Origin: a virus
Direction: 5' to 3' (one strand)
IMG/VR virus record: IMGVR_UViG_3300033804_000029
Span: 1,237-65,236 of that record
DNA: 64,000 bases
Shown piece after piece: positions 56,026-64,000 of this stretch. The translations under genes were made by a program, and so were the position numbers. Position 1 is the first letter of the stretch. Every line of letters starts with the position of its first letter. The notes under the pieces were generated by a model, which saw nothing but the letters and a program-made list of their open reading frames with translations, ran no database searches and was not told the DNA's origin.

Positions 56026-56820
56026 ATGGACTGGCCTTTCATCGGTGCAGATAGCCAGATGGATTCCGCCGCGGACCTCGTGAACAGTAATGGGGTGGAC
56101 ATTACTCCCGGTCTGAATTCCAAAGGCTCCTACGCCCAACTGCTGGCAGCGACCTCAGTGGAATACGCCGGATTGCATTGTTACATCCGGCAATATAATA
56201 ATGTGGCCCTTGATATTGCCATAGGTGCGGCGGGCTCTGAACAGATCGTTATCCCCAATCTTCTGTTTCAGGGGACGCAATACTCCAAGACCCAAGGGGT
56301 TTTTATTCCCCTCGCAATACCCCGGGGAGTGCGACTGGCCGCCAGGAGCGCCCAAAGCAATACCACCTATCATAGCCAACTAGCAGTGGTAGGGGTCGGA
56401 AGGGCTCTGCGGCAATCCTTTCAATGCTGCGATTCCTACGGGTTTTCTTCAAGCAATACCCAAGGAACCCAAGTTGATCCGGGAACGAGCGCCGGGACCA
56501 AGGGGGCCTGGGCGACAATTTGTTCCAGCCTTACCCGGGCGGCTCATGCCCTAATTATCGCCATCGGCAGTACTGTCGCCCCTTCCAATTGGTATCAATG
56601 GCTGGCGGACATTGCAATCGGTTCGGCGGGTAACGAGGTAGTGATCATTCCAAATTTATTATTAAGCTGTGGATCGCCGGGTTCCGACATAATAATGCCC
56701 AATTTCTTTGGGCCTTTTATGTGCTCCCTACCGGCAGGAACCCGAATTGCTATGCGGGCGCAAAGCAACGAAACTGACAGCAATCGCTATTTATACGCTA
56801 TGGTCTATTCTTTTATTTAG
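56026..56820 (+). CDS. Virion protein with internally duplicated domain
   Basis: DIAIG.AG.E...IPNLL and P.G.R.A.R occur twice. Confidence 0.65.
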   Translation: MDWPFIGADSQMDSAADLVNSNGVDITPGLNSKGSYAQLLAATSVEYAGLHCYIRQYNNVALDIAIGAAGSEQIVIPNLLFQGTQYSKTQGVFIPLAIPRGVRLAARSAQSNTTYHSQLAVVGVGRALRQSFQCCDSYGFSSSNTQGTQVDPGTSAGTKGAWATICSSLTRAAHALIIAIGSTVAPSNWYQWLADIAIGSAGNEVVIIPNLLLSCGSPGSDIIMPNFFGPFMCSLPAGTRIAMRAQSNETDSNRYLYAMVYSFI

Positions 56821-56829
56821 GAGGTTCCT

Positions 56830-57156
56830 ATGTCCGTAACTTCTTCTGCTTCGGGAAACCAGAGCGCCACCATTGGAACTGAACACGTCTTAGCGGATAA
56901 GACGGCAGCCGGGGTTTATACTCTCGCGGTGGACCTCTCCAACATGGCCAATGGGGACATCACCGAATTGCGGCTTTATACCAAGGCGAATAGCAACGGC
57001 TCTTTGAATCTGGCTTACATCTGCGTCTTCTGCAACGCCCAGAACGAGCCGAATGTTTATTCCATCCCAGTGCCAGTGGACACGGAGATCAAGGCGACTC
57101 TCAAGCAGACAGCGGGGACCGGCCGGAGCTATCAGTGGAATCTATTGGTCATGTAA
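56830..57156 (+). CDS. Small beta-rich virion protein
   Basis: GGAGG RBS; VDLSNM.NGD..ELR, TLKQTAGTGRSY.W. Confidence 0.6.
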   Translation: MSVTSSASGNQSATIGTEHVLADKTAAGVYTLAVDLSNMANGDITELRLYTKANSNGSLNLAYICVFCNAQNEPNVYSIPVPVDTEIKATLKQTAGTGRSYQWNLLVM

Positions 57157-57166
57157 GGGGTTCGTC

Positions 57167-58504
57167 TTGAGCATTAAGCGCTTCCAGGCTATTGAAGAAA
57201 TCTCTTCGAGTATCTTTATCTACGCCGGGAACATCGCGGTTTCCCAGGTGCCGGAGGCGACTGACTTTGCTATTTATGTGCATCAGGGCAATATCCCGGT
57301 TACGCAGGTCCCGGAGGCAGTCTATCAAAATGTCCCGGTGGAACACATTTATGCGGGCAATATTTCGATTAGCCAAGTCCCGGAGGCCATCTATTTTTGC
57401 GCCGTCCGAGTTTATCACGGCAATATTCCGGTCAGTCAAGTCCCAGAAGCCTCTTATGAACTGGTCTATTTTCAGTACCAAGGCAACATTCCCGTCTCCA
57501 TGCGGCCTTTTGCCATCACCAGCCGCACCATCTATATTTACTCGGGCAGCATCGCGACCAGCATGATCCCCAAAGGGATTTGCCAAGACCCTTATTCCAA
57601 GTATTATACCGGCAATATTCATGTGACAATGGTGCCGGAGGCTCTTTATATTCCCATAGTGGTGCCGGGAAAATCGGGATTGCTGCTGGGCAGCAAGGCG
57701 ACTCTCACCGCCTTCCCGATAGTCCGAGTACCCGGCGCCTCCGGTCTGCTCCTGGGCAGCAAAGCTAATTTAACTACTCAGCCTTTAACCGTGGTAGTCC
57801 TGCCCGGCAAATCAGGGCTACTTCTTGGAAGTGGCGGAGAACCCAGATTAGCAACGTTGCCCGCGGTGCTGGTGCCAGGCAAATCAGGATTGCTGCTAGG
57901 TAGCCAAGCTAACTTGATTGCCGCAATACCTCTTCTGGCGGTTATCGTTCCCGGAGCCTCGGGTTTGCGCCTGGGGAGTCAGGCGGGTTTGGTGGCCAAT
58001 CCGATCCCGGCGGTGGTGGTCCCCGGAGCTAGCGGCCTGCTTTTGGGCAGCCAAGCCTGGATATTGCCAGAAGTTGAAGATATCGAATGCTGGGTTCTGA
58101 CCGGGAACACTTACAATCCCAGCGCCTATACCGGCTGGCCCTTTAATTCCTTTGCCAAGCGCAACGGGAAATATTACGCGGCCGGGCCTGGGGGTCTGTA
58201 CCTGTTGGAGGGGCCGGACCAGAATGGCAATAAAATCCATCCTGGGGCGCGGATCGGCTTGATAAATTTCAGCACTGAGCGTCAGAAACGCATTAGATCC
58301 ATGCGTCTCGGGGCTACCGGGGAGGAGGTGCAGGTCCGGGTAGCCACCCCGGAGAACGGCAAGGAAGGCTGCTTTTCGCTGAACGGCGGGGACCAGATCG
58401 TGGTTTCCAGTGATATTCAGGGGCATGAGTTTTTGGTGGATATTCAGGATTTTGAGGAACTTAGTTTTCTGGAAATGGTTCCTTTGGTGTTGGTGACCAG
58501 ATGA
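57167..58504 (+). CDS. Repeat-containing fibre scaffold protein
   Basis: 7 x YxGNIxVSQVPEA then 6 x VPGxSGLLLGSxA, C-terminal domain with YTGWPFNSFA. Confidence 0.7.
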   Translation: MSIKRFQAIEEISSSIFIYAGNIAVSQVPEATDFAIYVHQGNIPVTQVPEAVYQNVPVEHIYAGNISISQVPEAIYFCAVRVYHGNIPVSQVPEASYELVYFQYQGNIPVSMRPFAITSRTIYIYSGSIATSMIPKGICQDPYSKYYTGNIHVTMVPEALYIPIVVPGKSGLLLGSKATLTAFPIVRVPGASGLLLGSKANLTTQPLTVVVLPGKSGLLLGSGGEPRLATLPAVLVPGKSGLLLGSQANLIAAIPLLAVIVPGASGLRLGSQAGLVANPIPAVVVPGASGLLLGSQAWILPEVEDIECWVLTGNTYNPSAYTGWPFNSFAKRNGKYYAAGPGGLYLLEGPDQNGNKIHPGARIGLINFSTERQKRIRSMRLGATGEEVQVRVATPENGKEGCFSLNGGDQIVVSSDIQGHEFLVDIQDFEELSFLEMVPLVLVTR

Positions 58505-58625
58505 GCGAATTTTTATTTTTCATGGCAAATATCTTTTTTCTTCAAGCTCTTGAAGTAAAATTAATAGTTATTTTACTTATTTGCGATGCTATTATTTTGG
58601 GATTGAAGTTAACAGGGTGCATCAA

Positions 58626-59351
58626 ATGAGCACTTACGATAAACACGAAGCGAATCGCTTCGCCGAAGCCGCCGCCGCCGCCGGCCAGGAGTTCCTGGAG
58701 GCGCGGCAGAAAATCCTCGCCGACGCCGCGGCCCGGGGCCTGCCTTATGTGGATGGCGAGGGCCTGGCCGCCCTGCTTGAGGCTGGCCAGAAGGTCCGGC
58801 TCAAGCTGACGATGGAACACGGCAAAATATATCAGGAAGAGCGGGGACGCATCTACGAACTCCAGGACTTCGACCTCAAGGCCCTCGTGGAGCAGAAGCG
58901 GATCGTCAACCTCTTGCTGCGCAATTCCTACCGGCGGTATGAGGAGGCGGTGCAGCACCAACTCCGGGAGAAGGAGATCAGCCACGAGGAACTGGTGGCC
59001 GAGTGGACCGGAGTGCTGGCCTCCGTGGAACTCCTGCACCTGCAAATGCGGGTCAGCTTGCAGCAATATAGCAACTATATCCGCTCCCAAGTCCTGGCTT
59101 TGAAGCTGCTCCTGGATGAGCAGAAAATTGATCTGGGTCTGCTGGTCCATCTGACCCGGGTGACCATCAATGAGCAGGCGCAGATCGCGGTGGATCAGTA
59201 TGAGACCTCCCTGGCCTACCAGGTCTTGCAGGTGGAGATGGCCAATCTGCGGGAAGTCACTTCCAGCCATATCACCACAGTTTTGACGGAAATGGTGCAG
59301 AAATTCATTAATTACGCCACCAGGATCGTCACTCGACTCTATGGAGAATAA
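58626..59351 (+). CDS. Helical putative internal virion protein
   Basis: Coiled-coil composition. Confidence 0.5.
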   Translation: MSTYDKHEANRFAEAAAAAGQEFLEARQKILADAAARGLPYVDGEGLAALLEAGQKVRLKLTMEHGKIYQEERGRIYELQDFDLKALVEQKRIVNLLLRNSYRRYEEAVQHQLREKEISHEELVAEWTGVLASVELLHLQMRVSLQQYSNYIRSQVLALKLLLDEQKIDLGLLVHLTRVTINEQAQIAVDQYETSLAYQVLQVEMANLREVTSSHITTVLTEMVQKFINYATRIVTRLYGE

Positions 59352-59354
59352 CCA

Positions 59355-60056
59355 ATGTCTTTGGATACTTCGCCTGGCAGTGTTTCCCGGTTAAGAGCTC
59401 GCACCCGGGACCGGAACAGCCGCATCTGGGGTGCCGGGATGCTGGCCGGCACTCCCCTGGCCCAGGATGAGACGATTCTGAATGGCCTTTCTCTTCCCGG
59501 CATTGAGGCGCCTATCGTCATCGCTGATGAAGTTTTCTGGGAGAAAAACCATGAAATGTACCGCTCCCACGACCTGGCCTTGCAACGGGTCACCGCGGAT
59601 TACCAGGAAATCCTGGACGGCTTCGGCTTCGTGCAGTCGAAGCTAGCGGACCTGACCATTATCTGGCAACTCAAGGACCAGGAAGAAGCCATTAAGATTA
59701 AGAACCTCCACGATCAGTTCGCCGAACTCCTGGTGCTGCTGACGGCGCAGAAGGCCGGGGAAGACCTGCACCTGACCGCCATCCAGAACGATATGACCGT
59801 GGAGGCTTACGACAAGACCCAAAGCCTGACGGAACTCCAGAAGGAGGCGAGCTTGAAGGCGCAGGTGGTGGCGGCCAAAGAGGCCCTGCAATACGCCCAT
59901 GCCTATGCCCGGGAGCAGATGAGCACTCTCAGGATGCAGATGGAGGAATTGCTGAACAACGCCAAGCAGACTGTGATCAGGGGTCCCAAGACCAAGGCAA
60001 TTTCGGACTTCGCCACCGAAGAACTTTATCAGCGCAAGATTGGCGGCGGTGAATAA
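59355..60056 (+). CDS. Helical putative internal virion protein
   Basis: Coiled-coil composition, coupled ORF. Confidence 0.5.
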   Translation: MSLDTSPGSVSRLRARTRDRNSRIWGAGMLAGTPLAQDETILNGLSLPGIEAPIVIADEVFWEKNHEMYRSHDLALQRVTADYQEILDGFGFVQSKLADLTIIWQLKDQEEAIKIKNLHDQFAELLVLLTAQKAGEDLHLTAIQNDMTVEAYDKTQSLTELQKEASLKAQVVAAKEALQYAHAYAREQMSTLRMQMEELLNNAKQTVIRGPKTKAISDFATEELYQRKIGGGE

Positions 60057-60057
60057 G

Positions 60058-60348
60058 ATGTTTGAAGAATTTGACGAACCGGCGGCTTGGGAGGGAATGG
60101 CGATAGAAGTGCCGCACGAAAGCCCTGACCCGGAGACGGTGCCGGAATTTGAAGATCCGACCAGCCCGAAATGGCGGGTTTCCCTGGAACCGCCTTATGT
60201 GGATGAATCACAGGGAATTGAAGCGACCTATGTTATGTTTAAAAAGGAAGAAGGCATGGACGGCATGTACCAGGCCGCCCAGGATTGGCTGGAGCGGGAA
60301 GGCGGGATGCTGGATACGTTTCAGATTTTCCCGGTGAACATTCAATGA
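60058..60348 (+). CDS. Acidic hypothetical protein
   Basis: Coupled ORF. Confidence 0.45.
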   Translation: MFEEFDEPAAWEGMAIEVPHESPDPETVPEFEDPTSPKWRVSLEPPYVDESQGIEATYVMFKKEEGMDGMYQAAQDWLEREGGMLDTFQIFPVNIQ

Positions 60349-60893
60349 ATATTGAACAATATTTAAATCTTAAAGATTTCATTATTAATGCAGGATATGA
60401 AGATGAAATATTTTGGGCTGAAACAGTACGGTTCCCCAAAGATGCTCTAAGCTTTTTTTGTGAATATGCTTGGGTGGTTATCAATTCCGGTATGAAAAAT
60501 CAAATTGCTCATAAAATATGGCATAGAGTAACAGGAGCTCTTTATTCCGGTATCCCGGTCTTTTCAGTTTTCCGGCATCCAGGAAAAGCTGCGGCCATTC
60601 AAAAAGTATGGGACAAAAGGGAAGATTATTTTCAATCTCTTATTCTTTGTCCTTCCAAAGAAATGTTGAGTTGGCTCCATAATTTGCCCTGGATAGGCCC
60701 AATTACCAAATTTCATCTAGCCAAAAATCTTGGCTTGGATGTTTGTAAACCAGATCGCCATTTAATTAGAATTGCTAATAAATTTGGGAAAACCCCGGAA
60801 AAACTCTGCGAAGAATTAGCAAAAGCTACCGGAGATCGAATTGGGACAGTAGATTTAGTAATCTGGCGGGCCGCAAATTTGGGGTACATCTAA
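60345..60893 (+). CDS. HhH-GPD-like DNA glycosylase family protein
   Basis: LPWIGPITKFHLAKNLG HhH motif, KPDRHL.R, VDLVIW. Confidence 0.7.
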   Translation: MNIEQYLNLKDFIINAGYEDEIFWAETVRFPKDALSFFCEYAWVVINSGMKNQIAHKIWHRVTGALYSGIPVFSVFRHPGKAAAIQKVWDKREDYFQSLILCPSKEMLSWLHNLPWIGPITKFHLAKNLGLDVCKPDRHLIRIANKFGKTPEKLCEELAKATGDRIGTVDLVIWRAANLGYI

Positions 60894-61774
60894 TGAGCAA
60901 CAGCAGCCAAAACCGCGTCCTCTATGTGGCCCGATTCGAGATGGGGCAAGCAGGCCAGCCTTTTCAGTACCAGGAGGCCATCTTGAATAAGTCCCAGCAA
61001 AAGGGGACCGTGGCGGCTTGGATGGATTTCCTGGTGGGTTTCCCGGTGGATACTGTCGAACTGCAAGCTATTGTAGGGGAGGTTTCTTCCCTGCCTGATC
61101 TCGAAGCGAAGTTGGTGGAGGAGGTGCCGGGAGGGGGCAGACTGACCCCGGCTTTCCCCAAGACTTTTTTCGGCGGCTATAAAGACGAAAAGATCATGCT
61201 GAATTTGACCGCCATTGAAAGCGATTATTCCGAGTTTATGGCTCCTGATTTACATGGAGTACCGAAACCAAAGAATTTACATTGGTTTTTGCGTTGTAAT
61301 ATTATGAGTGTCGTAAATGGTAATCCACGAACTTGGCCTTATGTTTCTGAATTTATGGCCTTGGCTGTTCGTTTAATGCTGGATCGCTTTTGGGTCAAGC
61401 AGGAAAGCAACCCATTTTTATTTAGTGGTAATTTTTTTGATAGTAAATTTCTTACTTCTGGTTTTATAAAAGAAATAATAGAACCTACTGATGATCAACC
61501 TTGGCCGAGTTATCGCATAACTTGGAGAAAGAATCCTGATGATCCTAATAGTAACGGAGAATTTATTGTCTTTCCAACTGATTTCGTAGATTATCAAGTC
61601 GGAGATAGAGTTTTAATTATAAAAGATATTACTAATCCTAAAATAAGTCAACTTTGGTCCGATGACGACATGAAGGTTTTAGGTGGAACTAATAATGATC
61701 CAAGCAAGCCAATACCAAATTGTAGTGTAGCACCGATAATGCTTTATTATATAGACCCAGATAAAACGAGTTAA
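60893..61774 (+). CDS. Hypothetical virion-operon protein
   Basis: 293 aa; PTDF.DY.VGDRV.I.K OB-like C-terminus. Confidence 0.5.
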   Translation: MSNSSQNRVLYVARFEMGQAGQPFQYQEAILNKSQQKGTVAAWMDFLVGFPVDTVELQAIVGEVSSLPDLEAKLVEEVPGGGRLTPAFPKTFFGGYKDEKIMLNLTAIESDYSEFMAPDLHGVPKPKNLHWFLRCNIMSVVNGNPRTWPYVSEFMALAVRLMLDRFWVKQESNPFLFSGNFFDSKFLTSGFIKEIIEPTDDQPWPSYRITWRKNPDDPNSNGEFIVFPTDFVDYQVGDRVLIIKDITNPKISQLWSDDDMKVLGGTNNDPSKPIPNCSVAPIMLYYIDPDKTS

Positions 61775-62337
61775 ATATGTTTCCAAGATTTGTAATTAAC
61801 AATATTACAAATAGTAGAACGAGATACAGAATAAATTCTGGCAAGATCGGCTTGGCGAAAACCATGGGCAATCAATTCTCGCATATTTTTAACTTGATTT
61901 TCTGTAAGTTCTGCCATGGTATTATTTTCGCCTCTGCCATCTGTGCCATGTTTTTTCTTGTCAGCATGGTTATTGGCACGACTATCCCAGCGCAAATTGC
62001 TCAAAAAATTATTATCGGTTTTTCCATCATCGTGGCAGCCTTCCATTCCTGGAGGGCAAGGACCGACAAAAGCCAAAAGAACAAGTTGATGAATTTTCAA
62101 GTAAATAGGCTTTCTATCTTTCCACAAACATACTTTGGAATAACCATCTTTGTCTGGATATGGTTTAAGAATTATTTGGGGTTCATCAGCCAACATACAT
62201 TTAGAGCCGGTAAATCCCTTGATATAAACTCGCTTTTTGTAAGACCTCACGCGTCCATGATTCGAGACTTCATAACCTGGAAATCCAGGAATGGGTTTCC
62301 AAATTTCCCAGGGGATGGTAAGCTGTTTTCCAGCCAT
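61771..62337 (-). CDS. NUMOD4-HNH homing endonuclease
   Basis: EIWKPIPGF.GYEVSN.GRVRS, HQLVL.AFVG.CP..E.CH.DG...NN.L.NLRW...NN, C-terminal HTH. Confidence 0.95.
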   Translation of the reverse strand: MAGKQLTIPWEIWKPIPGFPGYEVSNHGRVRSYKKRVYIKGFTGSKCMLADEPQIILKPYPDKDGYSKVCLWKDRKPIYLKIHQLVLLAFVGPCPPGMEGCHDDGKTDNNFLSNLRWDSRANNHADKKKHGTDGRGENNTMAELTENQVKNMRELIAHGFRQADLARIYSVSRSTICNIVNYKSWKHI

Positions 62338-62410
62338 GTGCCGAACCTCCCTGAAGGTTGGTATGTGGTCAGGGCCGGGGCGGGGCAAGCACTCCGCGTC
62401 GGCTCGTCTT

Positions 62411-62439
62411 TTTATAACACGATTTCTGGTGCTTGGCAA
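62411..62439 (-). promoter_or_regulatory. Sigma70-like promoter of the HNH gene
   Basis: TTGCCA-N17-TATAAA with extended TG. Confidence 0.6.
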
Positions 62440-62455
62440 GCAGGAGGATAGAACA

Positions 62456-63514
62456 ATGCCTCGTGATGATGTGGCCTTTTATGGCGGGACTACCAGAATC
62501 CCAGGAACGGCTTTTGGGAATCCGACCCGCAGGGAACTTATGAGCATGAAAGAACCGCGGGGGACCCGGATGGTCCGTCCCCGGGAAGCTGAAGAAGATG
62601 TCCGGGGGACTGGCCTGCTGACCCATTACCGGCCAACTCTCGGCTGGTCCGGGGAAAGGGAAGAACGGGCACGCCTGCGCGGTGAAACTCTTATGCGGGA
62701 AGGATTGGCCCGGGGGGTCCAGGAAGAGGCGGAATTGGGAGAACCTACTTCCTTCCGGGGCGGGGCCGGGGCTCCAACCCCACAGAGAACCGCCCTGACG
62801 ACCCAAGCCGGAGGGCCAGCTTACTTCACCATCCCCGGGGTTGAGGGACAGTTTTCCTCCCCTCTGCGGGCGCAGCAGGCTTGGACCAGGCAGCAGCGGG
62901 GTCAATTCCTGGTAGAGCATCCCACCCGGGAAGGTTTGACTTATCCAGAAGGGACCAGTCCAGAGGAACAGGCCACGGCAAGATTCGGAACCTATCGCGC
63001 CCCTGGAATGGGGATGCTGGAAAGGCGGGGCGAATTGATGCGCCAAGCTTACGCCGCCGAAACCCGGGCGCCGGAAAGAGTGGAAGAGGCGGAAACCCGG
63101 AGAGTGACCCGGGAAAGAGCCTTACAAGCAGAGGAAGGTAAGAGATTTGATGAATGGCTCCACGGTAGCCAATATGCAAAATTCGATCCAAGTCAGAAAA
63201 GGATGACTTTTGCGCCGGTTGACGAAAATCAAGCCCGGGATCAGATTGCCGCCAGGAATATCGCCATCGCTCAGGGATCAGATGCCGGGAGGCAGCATTT
63301 TGAGGATCGACAAATGCTCCGCCGCTGGCTGGTGACCCAGCCGCTTCCCCGGGACACCAATGTCAACGCCATCCTGGATGACGCCATGCGCAACCCCGAA
63401 CATTGGCAGAGGCTGGTGGAACGGGCTACCAGAGAAATAGGAGTCAGCAGACCCGCAACTCCGGGGCTGGAACGTCCGGCTCAGTTATTTGAAGTTCCAG
63501 GATTCGCTCCTTAA
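62456..63514 (+). CDS. Putative internal virion / ejection protein
   Basis: Arg/Glu/Gly-rich, GGAGG RBS, precedes the last gene. Confidence 0.5.
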   Translation: MPRDDVAFYGGTTRIPGTAFGNPTRRELMSMKEPRGTRMVRPREAEEDVRGTGLLTHYRPTLGWSGEREERARLRGETLMREGLARGVQEEAELGEPTSFRGGAGAPTPQRTALTTQAGGPAYFTIPGVEGQFSSPLRAQQAWTRQQRGQFLVEHPTREGLTYPEGTSPEEQATARFGTYRAPGMGMLERRGELMRQAYAAETRAPERVEEAETRRVTRERALQAEEGKRFDEWLHGSQYAKFDPSQKRMTFAPVDENQARDQIAARNIAIAQGSDAGRQHFEDRQMLRRWLVTQPLPRDTNVNAILDDAMRNPEHWQRLVERATREIGVSRPATPGLERPAQLFEVPGFAP

Positions 63515-63528
63515 AAAGAGAACAGCTA

Positions 63529-64000
63529 ATGCCTAACGGGCAGACAGACTCTTACGAAGATTTCGAGAAACGGTGGGGGATACCGCCCGCCACCGTTCCC
63601 GAACCGGGGAAACCCGTTCCCGAAGGGCCGAAACTCGTTCCCGAATCTCCTAAACCCGTTCCCGCCGAGGCAAAAGCCGTTCCCGGATCCTACGAAGAAT
63701 TTGAACGGAAGTGGGGCTTGGCCCCGGAAAAACCTGCGGCTGCTGCTCCACCGACAGATTTCACGGGGCATCTTCAAGAGAACCGCCATCTGGATTTTGT
63801 GGATCGGGTGCTGCGGCCTGAGAAATATCCGGTTATCCAGAATGAAGATGGCTCCACTTCTACTCATCTAATGGCGTCCGCGGATAATCTGGCCTATCCC
63901 ACTATTGTCAGAAAGCCGGGAGAAGATAAGCTAACCAAGTTATCGCCGGAGGAAGCCCATAAATATGCTTTGGAAAGCGGGGAGCACATCAGATTCTCCA
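63529..64000 (+). CDS. 3'-partial large virion protein, possibly the N-terminus of the 3-3947 gene
   Basis: MPNGQTDSYEDFEKRWG..GSYEEFERKWG, Pro-rich, open to the window end. Confidence 0.6.
   Translation, partial: MPNGQTDSYEDFEKRWGIPPATVPEPGKPVPEGPKLVPESPKPVPAEAKAVPGSYEEFERKWGLAPEKPAAAAPPTDFTGHLQENRHLDFVDRVLRPEKYPVIQNEDGSTSTHLMASADNLAYPTIVRKPGEDKLTKLSPEEAHKYALESGEHIRFS

Noticed and set aside
63580-63690. 18-bp CCGTTCCCG-type repeats near the window end
   Set aside because: They encode a Pro-rich (K)PVPE linker; ordinary coding low complexity.
1-64000. CRISPR array, diversity-generating retroelement or retron
   Set aside because: No regularly spaced repeat-spacer array and no reverse transcriptase seen; the Cas4-like nuclease sits in a Bet recombination module.

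Overview
The whole window is a tailed-phage (Caudoviricetes) genome or prophage, probably near-complete and circularly permuted: it starts inside a giant virion/ejection-protein gene and ends in the 5' part of a similar proline-rich gene. No tail sheath or obvious tape measure was seen, so the morphology looks podovirus-like. Overlapping spanins point to a Gram-negative host; a Desulfobacterota-like host is only an inference. Modules in order: ejection protein, tail fibres, lysis cassette, PurD-like ATP-grasp enzyme, leftward Bet/exonuclease recombination genes, Cro-like regulator, replication genes (SSB, initiator with iterons, loader, DnaB, HU), Xer-like recombinase, leftward early genes, RuvC-like resolvase interrupted by an IS1595 element, C5 DNA methyltransferase, terminase, a six-gene glycosyltransferase/methyltransferase/radical-SAM cassette, then portal, scaffold, capsid and tail genes. 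The standout is the IS1595 element (23-bp TIRs, 8-bp TSD). Inside its own end it carries a synonymously diverged replacement copy of the 5' part of the gene it interrupts, fused in frame through its TIR, so the target gene is apparently repaired. Other leads are C-terminal peptide tags shared by unrelated small proteins, a two-repeat fibre scaffold with two paralogous candidate 'bead' proteins, and several structured intergenic RNA candidates. All assignments come from reading motifs by eye; no database searches were run.
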